A model generated the notes under the pieces. That model did no database searches. It had not been told where the DNA came from and worked only from the letters and a program-made list of their open reading frames with translations. A program made the position numbers and the translations under genes. A stretch of DNA of 64,000 nucleotides from an uncultured Acidobacteriota bacterium (GTDB lineage: Bacteria; Acidobacteriota; Terriglobia; UBA7540), in the NCBI GenBank assembly GCA_963804995.1, contig CAWDSK010000001.1, positions 320,001 through 384,000 of the forward strand. The letters run 5' to 3'. How positions within the stretch are numbered: the stretch's first letter is position 1; each line of letters starts with the position of its first letter. This document shows positions 50,092-60,705 of the stretch, piece after piece.

Positions 50092-51480
50092 TAGAGGGCT
50101 CCTTTCTCGCCGCCTTCGTTCTTACCGCTGGAGGCGGGGGCGGGGACTCGGTCGATGATGGTGCGATTCGTCTTGACCAGATATTTTCCGGCGAAGGCAC
50201 GGACATCTTCAGGAGTCACGTGCTCCAGCTCATCCGGGACTTCATTCACCCGATCCGGTTTGCCATCGAGCAGAGTGGCGTGCGACAGGATGGAAGCGCG
50301 GCTCATCGGGACCTCCAGGTTCGAGTACCAATCGGACCGCATCTTGGTGCTGATGCGCGCCAGCGCCTCTGGGCTCGGCCCTTTCGCAGCCAGGTCGCCG
50401 ATGACCTCATCGTACGCGGCCAGAACGTCGTCCGGCTTAAGCTTGGGCGGATATTTGATGAAGGAGGTCAGCAGGGTCGGGCCGGCATACTCGAAGGGCG
50501 TTCCGAACACGAAGTTGACCCCGCCGCTGACTTCGAGTGCGACCTTCTTTTCTTTCACCAACGCCTGATAGAGCACCGACGCCTGCCCGTTATGCAGCAG
50601 CTCGCCCACCACGGCTCCCACCACCGCGTCGGAAGCAGTGCGGGGCGGCATGCGATAGCCGATGGCGAGCGCCGGAACGCGCGCCAGCTTGTCCTGCTCC
50701 GTGGAGCGCCGCTCCCTGGTCTGCGGCGCCTCCGTGAAATCGGGCTTAGGCGGCACCTCGCGCGGCGGAATCGCGCCAAAATACTTTTCGACTTTCTCGA
50801 AGACTTCCGGTGCATTCACGTCGCCCACGATGGCCAGCACGGCATTATTGGGAGCGTAGTAGTGCTCAAAAAAGGCCTGGACGTTCCTGAATCTTGGCTG
50901 CGTCCAGGTCTTTAAAGTCGCCGTAGAAATTGTGAGAGTTGGGGAATTTATCAAACGCCTTGCCCGCCAAATCAATGACGAAGAAAAACCCATAAGGTTG
51001 GTTGAGCACGTTGACCCGGACTTCTTCCTCCACCACCTTGCGCTGATTCTCAAGATTGGCAGGGGAGAAATCGAGCGTCTTCAGGCGGTCCGCCTCGAGC
51101 CACAGCACCGGGTCGAGCGCCGAAACCGGGGCCGCTTCGATGTATTCCGTGAAATCATACCGCGTGTCGCCATTGTTCGAGCCCCCTCCCCCTTCTATCA
51201 CCCGGTCAAAGGTTCCCTTGGGAGCGATCGGCGTGCCTTCGAACATCATGTGCTCGAAGAGATGCGCAAACCCCGTGCGCCCCTCGGGCTCTAACCTGAA
51301 CCCGATGCCGTAGGAGATGCAGAGCCCGAAAGTCGGCGCGGAATGGTCTTCTGAAACCACCACGACCAACCCGTTCGGGAGCTTCTTGGTCACGGCAGGA
51401 ACCTTCCAGCCTTCCGCGGGGAAGGCGTTCGATGCGACGATCAAGAAAACCAGAAGTGTCCAAACGCGTGCAAGTCTCAT
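50091..51480 (-). CDS. M16 zinc peptidase, catalytic subunit; apparent +1 frameshift near 50884
   Basis: GFAHLFEHMMF and LWLEADR, then FFEHYYAPNNA in the next frame; AGGAG RBS before ATG 51480. Confidence 0.88.
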
Positions 51481-51558
51481 TGTTTCTCCTTGGCCTGACT
51501 TCGGCACCTTGGCCCACTTCACCACCCAGCGTCATACTTTTCCTGAAGGCTAAGCATT

Positions 51559-52392
51559 ATAACTCCATTTCTTTTCATAAACATCGCGAGATAGCGTTTT
51601 TAACTTATGTGTTTTCATCAACATGGCGAGAAGGCGGAAAACTGACATTTTGCCACCATTTGTTTTCAATAACATCGCCAGGCTATCCTTCATTATTTCC
51701 CCCGCGTTTTTTCGCAACCCCGGCATCAGAATGAGCTGACTATCTTTGTTTCAGCGATATAGACTTTTGCAGGATTCTTGCTATTCACAGCTAACCCATT
51801 TTGTTTGCTACACATAATGGAAAGCCGCGGGCAATTTTGTAGCGCTGAACTTTAGTTCAGCATGTGCCGACCTCCCGACCAAGTCGGGACAGGTTCCGGT
51901 CGGCGCTACATCGGCTTGTGCCGACCGTTCGCGGTGCTCAGGTCGGGCTCCGAAGGTCGGCACCACTTCGCGCAGATTTATGGCGTAATTCGTGTTTTTC
52001 AGCCCACAATCCTGATCGATTGTCGTCAATTCTAGCAAAATTCCGGAATTTTCTGCAAAAAGGCTCGAATAATAGCCTGACATATTGTCACTTCTCTTGT
52101 GTTTTCATACACATCCCCGGAGGTTCCTTCATTTTTAACATCTCTACGGGTCAGCGCCCCGTTTCGGGTTCTGATCAGCGTGCCGGTGAGCCGCCACAAT
52201 TGGCGCAAGCTGGAATCCTCCCTCTTCTGCATGAGCGGCGCGTTGCGGGTGCTCCTAGTGTGCTCGACTTCACCACGACACAATTCTCCATTAAATAGCC
52301 TAGCAGGGACGCGGCCATTGTCAAGAAAGATATATGTGAATGGGCTACCGGTAGCCCAAATCGTAAAGGAGGGGTGTCCAATTGTCCGAAAT
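51559..52392 (-). other. Palindrome-promoter-motif-array element, copy 3
   Basis: Palindrome 52341-52358; TTGACA 52324-52319; TAGGCT 52302-52297; motifs at 52115, 51676, 51625 and 51585 plus degenerate ones; interrupted by a REP cluster. Confidence 0.85.
51838..51966. repeat. GTAG-type REP cluster inside element 3
   Basis: TGTAGCGCTGAACTTTAGTTCAGC..GCCGACC..GGTCGGCGCTACA..GGTCGGCAC hairpins. Confidence 0.75.
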
Positions 52393-52470
52393 CGCGGGTG
52401 GCGCATACGTGCCGCATTTTGGCAGGTATGCGGTCACAACCTTAGGTCCATATGCATCGGCTGCGAAGAG

Positions 52471-52610
52471 ACCCCTCACCCGCCTGCGGGCCGGAGCCGA
52501 TGTCATTTACGGTTCCCAGGTGCCCCTTCGGTGGGCGTAGGCCCGTCGTGCTTCCCGATGAAGTGCATCGGGACAGTGCGCCACCCTCTGTCGCCGCGGC
52601 GACAGAGGGC
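52471..52610 (+). repeat. Expanded variant of REP-like family A
   Basis: ACCCCTCACCCG start and CCACCCTCTGTCGCCGCGGCGACAGAGGGC end, with a different internal insert. Confidence 0.6.
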
Positions 52611-52665
52611 TATGGATTCCACGCGACCCGATTTTCGAATTTCGAGTTTCGATTTTCGTCTTTTG

Positions 52666-53745
52666 TCAGTTCTCGGCTGACGGGACGGGAACCTCATCGC
52701 CGAGGGCGGCATCGCCGGACGGGGCCTTGCCCACCACAATTTGCCAGACCAGGAATTCCAGCAGAATTTTGGAATTCTTCCACGACAACTTGATTCCCAA
52801 ATCGGCGCGGCGCACGGCGCGCATGGCCTGCAACAATTCTTCGCGGGGATAATTCTTCTGCGTCAGGGGAGCAATCTCCGCCGTCGAGTAAGGGTTCGAG
52901 CCGCGCGACCAGCGATTGCCGTAGCTCGCCACTCCACGCAACGTCTGGCGAAATAAATCGCCAATGCACCAGAGGATGAGGGTTTCCGCCACTTTGCTGG
53001 CCAGAAGCTCGCGCAAGGTTTCAAGCGCCAGCCCGCACTTGCGCTCGCCGATGGCGCGTAAGAGCTTGCCGATTTCGTGCTCCTCGCGGAAGGCGACGAT
53101 AACCTCAAGATCCGCGGGCTCCAGGCGCTTGAGGCCAGGCCGCGCGGTCATAAGCTTTTCGAGCTCGGTGCGCATCCAAAGCAGATTGACGGCGGAGGGG
53201 CCGGCAGCCGAACGCGAATCCTGGCTGATTTCGAACTTCGCAGCAATATCTTCCGCCAGATCATCCGCGAGCTCCACTCCTGCCTGCTCAAGAAAGCGCT
53301 GCGCCCAACCCGCGGCTTCCTGGCGGTCGGGGGAACGCAACTCGACAAGCTGCGCCTTCTTTTCGAGCAACTGGGTGAAGCGGCGGCGGCGGTCGGGCTC
53401 CGCGGCCATGAACACTACGGTTGAAAAGGGCGAGGGACGCTCCAGATAAGCCCGCAACGCTTCCACATCCTCATCGCCCGCGCCCTTGAAGTCTTCTGAA
53501 TCCGACAGCAGCAGGAAATTGTGGCCGCCCAGCATGGGCATCTGTTCCGCCCCTTCGAGGGCGTGCTGGAGCTGCCCCGCTTCAAAATCAATTTCCGCCA
53601 GGCACCACTGGCGCGCGTCCGCGGGGATGGAGTTCAATACGGCCTTGCGACACTCCTCCTGAAGGAAGCGGTCAGGGCCGCGCAGAAAGTACGCGGTACC
53701 GGGTTGACCCTTGCGCAACGCTGCAATGAATTCGGTGGGGCGCAT
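52666..53745 (-). CDS. holA: DNA polymerase III delta subunit
   Basis: YFLRG.DRFL, YLERPSPF, ELEKL and C-terminal ADL.IK..LE pattern; typical size. Confidence 0.8.
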   Translation of the reverse strand: MRPTEFIAALRKGQPGTAYFLRGPDRFLQEECRKAVLNSIPADARQWCLAEIDFEAGQLQHALEGAEQMPMLGGHNFLLLSDSEDFKGAGDEDVEALRAYLERPSPFSTVVFMAAEPDRRRRFTQLLEKKAQLVELRSPDRQEAAGWAQRFLEQAGVELADDLAEDIAAKFEISQDSRSAAGPSAVNLLWMRTELEKLMTARPGLKRLEPADLEVIVAFREEHEIGKLLRAIGERKCGLALETLRELLASKVAETLILWCIGDLFRQTLRGVASYGNRWSRGSNPYSTAEIAPLTQKNYPREELLQAMRAVRRADLGIKLSWKNSKILLEFLVWQIVVGKAPSGDAALGDEVPVPSAEN

Positions 53746-53983
53746 CGAGAAGAGTGTAGCGGCAAGCGGGGGGAATTCGATAGCGAAAACGGAGCGAAAG
53801 TTTCGGCAGATCGGGAGATCGGGTGATCCGGTGATCGAAGCGGAGAGGGCTCGCTTTGGTGCCCTAATCAAAAGAGGTCTTCCCGACTCTGTCGGGGCCC
53901 GCTAAAGGCTCGCTGCCTACTGCTTACTGCCTTCCGCTTTCCGCCTTCCACCTATTCACCCCCATGGTGGGGGCGCGCCCTCA

Positions 53984-55105
53984 TTATTCCAATCGAATTA
54001 TCACGATTTCGGGATGGTTGCCGGTGCGCATGGGGGGACCCCAGGTGCCGGCGCCACTCGTAGCGTACGAGGCGTAATCACCTTCGACATGCAACCCGTA
54101 GTAATACCTTCCATAGATTAACCGCGTGATGAACTGGAGAGGGAAAATCTGGCCGCGATGGACGTGCCCGGAGAGCTGCAGGTTGATCCCCGCCGCCTTC
54201 GCTTCGGCGATGTGGGTGGGGCTATGGTAGAGCAGAATCGACGGCAGAGTGGGGTCAAAGCCGGAGAGGCTCGCAAGCTTGCCGGTAAAATCCAACGCGT
54301 GGCCGCGCTCCGGGTAGCTGAGCCCGATCACCTGCAGGCCATCGATCACCGCCATCTCGTCGGCGAGGATCCTGACCGGAGTCGTGCGGAGCGCCGCGGT
54401 CGCACGCTCCACGCCCAGATAGGTTTCGTGGTTTCCAGTCACAAAGTAGATCCCCAGCGGGGCGCGGAGGTCGTTCAGCGGGGCGACCAATTGCTCGAGA
54501 TTGCCGTCGACACCGTCAAAAAGGTCCCCGGTAATGAAGACCGCCGCGGGATTTTCAGCGTTAACTTTGTCCAAGATGTTCGCCAGGAAGCGGGAACGCG
54601 CGGCTTGTCCCAGGTGAATATCGGAAATTTGGATAACTTTTCGACCTCGCCAGGCCGGCGGCAAATTTTTGATGCGGACGGTGAGATTTTTAACCCGGGG
54701 GTGATAGGCGTTCCAAACACCGTAGGCGGAGTACAGGCACGCCACTCCAACCGCTGCGAGCCCAAACCAGAAGGGACGCGGAGTGTGGGTAAAAATCCGG
54801 GTCACTCCCCAGGCGATCCAGGCAAACGCCAAGGCGGTAATCAGCGTCAGTCCCACTCCCAGCCAGAGCGCGGTGCAGAAATAGAACACGCGGGAAAGAA
54901 TGTTGTCAGTCCAATGCGAAAGAATGGACAACGCAATGAAGCTGAGCGGGAGGAAATAAAGCAACGCGGCCAGCACAAGCCTGCGCTCCGGCTGAGCGAC
55001 ATCGAAAAAATACACGACCGAAAAGTAGAAGAAGTCATGGCCTAAAAACAGGATGGAGAAGACAATGAGAATGAAGAGCGGAACGACGATCAGGCTTCGC
55101 GCCAT
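53984..55105 (-). CDS. Membrane-anchored metallophosphoesterase
   Basis: N-terminal TM helices; SDIH, TGDLFD, GNHE and SGHVH.GQ motifs. Confidence 0.88.
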   Translation of the reverse strand: MARSLIVVPLFILIVFSILFLGHDFFYFSVVYFFDVAQPERRLVLAALLYFLPLSFIALSILSHWTDNILSRVFYFCTALWLGVGLTLITALAFAWIAWGVTRIFTHTPRPFWFGLAAVGVACLYSAYGVWNAYHPRVKNLTVRIKNLPPAWRGRKVIQISDIHLGQAARSRFLANILDKVNAENPAAVFITGDLFDGVDGNLEQLVAPLNDLRAPLGIYFVTGNHETYLGVERATAALRTTPVRILADEMAVIDGLQVIGLSYPERGHALDFTGKLASLSGFDPTLPSILLYHSPTHIAEAKAAGINLQLSGHVHRGQIFPLQFITRLIYGRYYYGLHVEGDYASYATSGAGTWGPPMRTGNHPEIVIIRLE

Positions 55106-55321
55106 AGGGTGTCACTGCCGAGCGGCACAGTCAGCCATTTTACACGGAGGTGTTGGGATTGGAAAGAATCCGATAATCGGGTGATCGTATGGCGGAACAT
55201 GACCCCCATTGGAACTCAGGAGAATTGGCAATCACCCTATCGCCAAGTCACTCAATCAATGACCCGATGGCCCGATGGCTCGATGGCTCGATGCCGCCGT
55301 CTCCCCAACCCCGGGTTGCAG

Positions 55322-56353
55322 CTACTGCTGGTCGGCGCTCACCACTCGATAGGCTTTATCGATGTTCGCGGGTAGGTCTTTCGCCAGCATGCCGGGCGGG
55401 AAGCGGTCCGCGTACTTCGGCAGCAGCTTTGCGGCGACCTGGTTACGAGCCTCGAGGCGCGTGGCGCCCCCGGCGTAGGCTTCGGCGGCTGCATCCATCA
55501 GGTCGCGTAAGTAGGCCCTCCACAAATCGAAGGTACCCTTGCCGTGCATCAAATCACCGTGGCCGCCCAAGGCCCACTCAAAGTCGAGCTTCTCAACGTT
55601 GGCAAGGGTCTGGATCCAATCATAGGGATAGCCGTCTCCCATGTAGGGCACCCAGCCTTGCAGCATGTCGCCGGTGGCGATGAATTTCTCCTTGGGCAGA
55701 TACACCACCACGTCGCCTTCGGTGTGCGCCCGGCCGAGGAAGAGGATTTCCACGGTGCGGGTCTTCTGGTGCAGGATAAGGCTGCGATCGAAGGTCAGCG
55801 TGGGCAGCGTCACCTGCATGTTCTGAAGTTCCCCCAGGTAGGCCTGATCCTGGCGAAGGTTTTCCTGGATTTTCGCCTTCTCGGCGGGATCGGTCGCGGC
55901 GGCGAGATCCGCTTGGAGTTTGGCGATTTCTTGGGGAGTGTCGAGTAGCGCGCGCTTGACCCGGGGGACGCCGCGATCCTGCATATTCTCGCGCGCGGAT
56001 TCCGACGAAATGATTTCAATGCCGGCAGGCCACGCGCCTATGTAAGCCTGATTGCCCTGGTAATGATCCCAGTGGAAGTGCGTATTAACGACGTAGCGCA
56101 CCGGCTTGTCAGTAATCGTCTTGATCTGCGCAATCAGGGCGCGCGCCGCGGAGGGTTTGGAGTGCGTGTCCACCACCAGCACACTCTCATCCAACAGAAT
56201 CACCGCGGCGTTGCAATTCACCTTGAATTGCTCTTTGGACACTGCCGCGTATACCCCCGGCACAACTTGCTTCAGCGTGAAGAGGTCTTCGGCGCACGCG
56301 AAGCCCGGTGCAAGCATAAGAACAACCATCGCCAACCACCGCAGATGCTTCAT
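55322..56353 (-). CDS. Secreted MBL-fold metallo-hydrolase
   Basis: THFHWDH, AHT.GD, TGD and GHG motifs; signal peptide. Confidence 0.88.
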   Translation of the reverse strand: MKHLRWLAMVVLMLAPGFACAEDLFTLKQVVPGVYAAVSKEQFKVNCNAAVILLDESVLVVDTHSKPSAARALIAQIKTITDKPVRYVVNTHFHWDHYQGNQAYIGAWPAGIEIISSESARENMQDRGVPRVKRALLDTPQEIAKLQADLAAATDPAEKAKIQENLRQDQAYLGELQNMQVTLPTLTFDRSLILHQKTRTVEILFLGRAHTEGDVVVYLPKEKFIATGDMLQGWVPYMGDGYPYDWIQTLANVEKLDFEWALGGHGDLMHGKGTFDLWRAYLRDLMDAAAEAYAGGATRLEARNQVAAKLLPKYADRFPPGMLAKDLPANIDKAYRVVSADQQ

Positions 56354-56544
56354 TGCCCGTCTCCTGTTACGTGGATCCTTCACTTAGAAGTGGTGGGATT
56401 GTACCAGAACCCTTCGAGTGATGGAACGGCCTGTCACGGTGAGTGGCGGTTCAATTTGACGCGGCGGAATTTATCCCGAGGTTATCGGGACGCGGCCCTT
56501 TGGCGAGGTTATCTCGCCCGATGCGCCGCCCCCGCCGACTGGTC

Positions 56545-56617
56545 GTAGCGGCGAGTTTATCTCGCCATGTGGCGGCGCTATGCCGCCACGAAAATGGCGA
56601 GGTAAACTCGCCGCTAC
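56545..56617. repeat. REPIN-like inverted GTAG REP pair
   Basis: GTAGCGGCGAGTTTATCTCGCCAT ... ATGGCGAGGTAAACTCGCCGCTAC. Confidence 0.85.
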
Positions 56618-56665
56618 GGCAAAAGATTGGCACCACTACTCCGCGGTGAGGTTCGCGGCGCGACA

Positions 56666-57199
56666 TCATTTTGGTGGAGTGACAGGGGCCGGAGGAGCCG
56701 TGAGCGCCTCATGCACAGAGGCCGGAAGCTTATCGGCGTTGGCGAGCAGAAGGCTGACCTGCCATAGTTGCTGTTCGGATAGGGAACGTGCGAAGCCCGG
56801 CATGCCCGTCAGGCGGATGCCATTCTTGGCTTTCCAGTAGGTCTCACCCGGCGGATCGTCGTCGACCATGTGGTGCGGCTGGAATAGTTGGGGAGCTTTG
56901 GGGAACATGCCACCCGCCACAACCGGCGCCGGCTGATCGGGGAGGCCATGGCACATCGCGCAATTATCCCGATAGACGCGCGCACCCGCGAGGTATGCCG
57001 CCTCATCCGCCGCTAGAGGGACAACGGTAGGCATTTCCTTGCTGATTCTGGCGCGCAATGCGGAGCTCGCAATTTTCCTTTCGAAAGGCATGGGCGGGTC
57101 GGAAGCCGCCGCTGGCGCCCTCCCGGACATCAAATAGAAGTATGCCAATCCAGGAATCAGCGCCATTCCCAAGATCAATCCCAGAATGAACTTCTTCAC
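56666..57199 (-). CDS. Membrane-anchored monoheme c-type cytochrome
   Basis: N-terminal TM segment; CAMCHG; GIRLTGMP distal Met. Confidence 0.88.
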   Translation of the reverse strand: MKKFILGLILGMALIPGLAYFYLMSGRAPAAASDPPMPFERKIASSALRARISKEMPTVVPLAADEAAYLAGARVYRDNCAMCHGLPDQPAPVVAGGMFPKAPQLFQPHHMVDDDPPGETYWKAKNGIRLTGMPGFARSLSEQQLWQVSLLLANADKLPASVHEALTAPPAPVTPPK

Positions 57200-57368
57200 G
57201 AGTGAATGTCCCCCCTTGAAAGATGAACCGCAGGCACGCTCTCTATCGCTACCAGATCAGTTGTGCCCAGGAAACAGAACTTCGCCCCACCACTGACTCC
57301 TCGTGATTATATCCTCTTTTTGTTCGCGCAAGTTGCATTGAGACGAGTCAAAAAACTCTCGGCTCTTA

Positions 57369-59495
57369 TCAGGAGCCTTGCCATCGCGGCCAGGCAAGCA
57401 CGGCGCGGTAGTTCGATTCGTTGTAGAGCGGGTTGCGTAAGGGTGCGTAGATGCGCTCACCTTTAAACGGGCGGTCCTGGGTATAGATCCACACCCTCTC
57501 CTGGTCCCACAGGATCACTTCATCCCTTGCATCCCCCGTTACATCCGCCACGGCGCAGCACAGGTCCGGATGTCCGTCATCAGGAAAAGTCACGACCCGT
57601 CTCAGTTGTCCATCCAGCATCCCCCCCTCCCGGACGTTCCCCGAGAGCAGCGCAAAGACCTGCCCGTCTCCGCGCCAGTTCACCGGCAACAAAGGACTGC
57701 CGGCATGTGCGGGCTCTTCCTGCGCCAGAATATTGCCGTCCGCATCGAACAGCGTGATGATACCGGGGTTGTACCAGAAATTGACGGTCATGCATTGCAG
57801 GCCGGGGAGGGCTGGCCGGTACTTCCCCACACTGAGGTTCTGCGCGTGGCCGATTCTCACATGTTTCTGAATCTCACCACGGTCGTCGAACACGATAAAC
57901 CCTTCGTCGCTCCCGCAGGCATAAACGCGGGGGCGAGCCGCCGGGTCACCGCTGAAATTCCCCATAATGACGGCGTCGGCATGGTCACGTAACGCGCGGT
58001 CCTGGCTCCAGAGTTGATGCCCGGAGGAATCCCACACCGAGTAGCCAATCACCACCTTATCCAGGCCCCCGGGCTCCGAGGCGTAAGCATAGGGGAAGTG
58101 GCCCGTCTGGCCCTGGCCCTGCCACAGAATCTCAAGCCGGTTGTTCAAAATCCAAAAGTTGGAGTAACGGTCTTTAATCAGGAGTTCATGGCGCCCAGGT
58201 TCGCCGGACAGGTTGAAAAACGCAATGCAGTCACCGTTGACGAGTTCATAGGGGCGCGCGGCGGCAGGAGGAGCTGAAGGCATCCACACCCAACGCCGCA
58301 CCTTTCCCGTAGCACCGTCCAGAATCTGAAGTTTGAAATCACGCACCAGCACAACTTCCGCGCGCCCATCCCCGTCGATGTCGTGGATCTGAAACGGCGT
58401 ATCATTGGTGAGCAAGCCATTGCGAGGGTCAGGCCTGCCTGATTGCCAAAGGATCCTTCCGTCCAGCTTGACCGCCGTGAGGCAACTGATTTGGTCAAAG
58501 TCATCCGCGTGAACCCGGGGAATGTTCTGGCAGATCAGCATCTCGAGTTGACTGTCGCCATCCAGGTCTCCAAACCGCACGTTGCGGCCCGCCCCGAAAC
58601 GCGGCGTGGCAAACTTCTTCCAAAGTTTGGGCTGCGGATTTTCTGATCGCAGGCTGCCGAGTTCGCGTTCGCGGCGTTCCACGCGGTCGTCAATCTGCTG
58701 CTTCACCTCCGCCGGACAGGTGACGGCGAAATCCTGAAACCTGGCCGGGATATTGGCTGAAACACCCACTTTCCCCGCGGTTAGTTCAGTGTCACTCGTC
58801 TCCAGCAACTTCCTTCCGTCCACCCAGGCACGGATCAGCGGCCCCTCGTTTTCCACCCGCAGGGTGTAATAACGCTGGGTGTCATAAGCGAACTCACAGG
58901 CTGCAAGCTCGCGCCAATCCGCGATCCGGAAAGCGGTTTCTATCGGCCGGCGCACCGCCAAACGGGCCGTGTGCCCTCCCGTCAGCGCGAACAAGTAATA
59001 ATGACGATTGGTATGGTAGCGGAAGACCACGCCCGCCAGATCGGCCAGGGATAACGGGCGCACCCGCACTTCGACGGTGTAGTCGCTCCACGCTGAGTCC
59101 CCGGTAAGGAAAATCGGGCTCATGAGCTTGGGGCGGGTATTGACCGGGTGCTGTTCCAGATAAGGCCGGCCGTCTTCGTCACTCACCACCCAGGCATCCA
59201 AATGCGTAATGGGATTTGCCCAAGGCTCCAACGGAACCCCGCGATGGCTGAGGTAGTGAACTTCTTGGATGGAGGGGTCGAGCTGACGGACAGGTGAAGA
59301 AAGCCAGCCGGCAGGGAATTTGGAGAAATCATCGCGCAGGAGGATGGAACTTCCTGTCGGGCTGGAAGCCTGAAAACCCGAACTCAGGGGGGCCGCCCTT
59401 TTTTTCGCGGCCGGCGCGGGTGGCTGCAAGAGGACCTTCGAGGCACCGAGACCGGCGACCATGGTTCCCTTACGAAGAAAATTGCGTCGATCCAT
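57369..59495 (-). CDS. Tat-exported protein: lectin-like beta-sandwich plus rhamnogalacturonan-lyase-like (PL11-type) propeller
   Basis: DRRNFL leader; WSDYTVEV..AGVVFRY region; GDLDGD, HDIDGDGRAE, DVTGDARDE and YNESNY motifs. Confidence 0.65.
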   Translation of the reverse strand: MDRRNFLRKGTMVAGLGASKVLLQPPAPAAKKRAAPLSSGFQASSPTGSSILLRDDFSKFPAGWLSSPVRQLDPSIQEVHYLSHRGVPLEPWANPITHLDAWVVSDEDGRPYLEQHPVNTRPKLMSPIFLTGDSAWSDYTVEVRVRPLSLADLAGVVFRYHTNRHYYLFALTGGHTARLAVRRPIETAFRIADWRELAACEFAYDTQRYYTLRVENEGPLIRAWVDGRKLLETSDTELTAGKVGVSANIPARFQDFAVTCPAEVKQQIDDRVERRERELGSLRSENPQPKLWKKFATPRFGAGRNVRFGDLDGDSQLEMLICQNIPRVHADDFDQISCLTAVKLDGRILWQSGRPDPRNGLLTNDTPFQIHDIDGDGRAEVVLVRDFKLQILDGATGKVRRWVWMPSAPPAAARPYELVNGDCIAFFNLSGEPGRHELLIKDRYSNFWILNNRLEILWQGQGQTGHFPYAYASEPGGLDKVVIGYSVWDSSGHQLWSQDRALRDHADAVIMGNFSGDPAARPRVYACGSDEGFIVFDDRGEIQKHVRIGHAQNLSVGKYRPALPGLQCMTVNFWYNPGIITLFDADGNILAQEEPAHAGSPLLPVNWRGDGQVFALLSGNVREGGMLDGQLRRVVTFPDDGHPDLCCAVADVTGDARDEVILWDQERVWIYTQDRPFKGERIYAPLRNPLYNESNYRAVLAWPRWQGS

Positions 59496-59598
59496 ACTCG
59501 TCAGCCCCCTCTTAGATAACTGGAGGTCACCGATTCCGATATGGGTTCTTGTGCTACAATCTGCCAGCCTCGGGAAATTACATCAAACCAGAGATCTT

Positions 59599-60651
59599 AT
59601 GCAAACCCATTACCGCATGACGAATCCGGCCTGGACTTTGGCCTACTCGTTGCTTGTCGCCTGCTCTATCGCCTCCGCTAGAACTTACGAGGTTCAGCCG
59701 GAAGGCTATTCTGACACGTTCTCCGCCGACAAAAAGCCAATCCTTGAGATTCATTCCGGTGATACCGTCCAAACCAGCACTTGGGATGCCCTGGGGCAGG
59801 ACAAGCGTGGTGTGGCTCACGTTCCCAACCCTTTCGGTTTTCCGGAGCTCAGCAATCCACTGTTGGGGCCTTTCTACATTCAGGATTCCGACTACGGCGA
59901 TGTCCTGGAAGTGCACCTGGATAAAGTAAGGCTGAATCGGAACTGGGGGTATTCGAACTACCGCCTGCTAACCACCATCATAATCCCAGGCACGATTGAG
60001 GGCCTTTATAAGAACTACTACAAGCCGGACGCCGTGTGGCCCGGAAAGGCGAACCTGATCCCCTGGGACCTTGACCTCGAGCGCGGAGTCGCCACGCCAC
60101 GGCTGCTCCAAGGTTCGGGGATGAAGCTTGATCTCCCCACCAAGCCGATGCTGGGCTGCATTGGAGTGGCGGCCCCCGGTGAGGACGTTGGCACCGCCGA
60201 TATCTCAGGTCCCTGGGGCGGCAACATGGATTACAACGATGTGGTGGAAGGCGCGACACTCTACTTCCCCGTGTATCATAAAGGCGCGTATTTCTACATT
60301 GGTGACGGGCACGCCCTGCAAGGCGATGGGGAAGGCCTGGGCATGGGCATTGAGACCTCCATGGACGTTCAGTTCAGCGTCAGAGTCCTCAAAGGCAGGC
60401 GAATCGCCATGCCTCGATTGGTGAATGACGACTACATCATCACCATCGCCAGCCAGCCGGAGTATCGCAGTAACCTCGATCTCGGCCTCCAAGCAGCAAA
60501 CTCTGAAATGATTGCCTGGCTGACCAGCGAGTACAAGCTCACGCCGCCGGAAGCACATCTCTTAATGGGAATGGAAGTCCGCCACAAAATTGTGACGTAC
60601 TTTGGTAGCGTCACGGCCATGATCCCGAGAAGCTGCCTCCCGCGCCGTTGA
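59599..60651 (+). CDS. Acetamidase/formamidase family protein
   Basis: GPFYI...GD.L.V, PMLGCIGVA, GGNMD and GDGHALQGDGE motifs; start 59599 or 59617. Confidence 0.85.
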   Translation: MQTHYRMTNPAWTLAYSLLVACSIASARTYEVQPEGYSDTFSADKKPILEIHSGDTVQTSTWDALGQDKRGVAHVPNPFGFPELSNPLLGPFYIQDSDYGDVLEVHLDKVRLNRNWGYSNYRLLTTIIIPGTIEGLYKNYYKPDAVWPGKANLIPWDLDLERGVATPRLLQGSGMKLDLPTKPMLGCIGVAAPGEDVGTADISGPWGGNMDYNDVVEGATLYFPVYHKGAYFYIGDGHALQGDGEGLGMGIETSMDVQFSVRVLKGRRIAMPRLVNDDYIITIASQPEYRSNLDLGLQAANSEMIAWLTSEYKLTPPEAHLLMGMEVRHKIVTYFGSVTAMIPRSCLPRR

Positions 60652-60705
60652 ATCTGGCATTGCAAACATTGGCCTTCCTATGGTGCCGGGGTTGTCCCCT
60701 GCCTG

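Noticed and set aside
60611..60705. GlnD C-terminal extension overlapping the convergent amidase gene
   Set aside because: Better explained by one extra base near 60747. The corrected frame stops at 60706.
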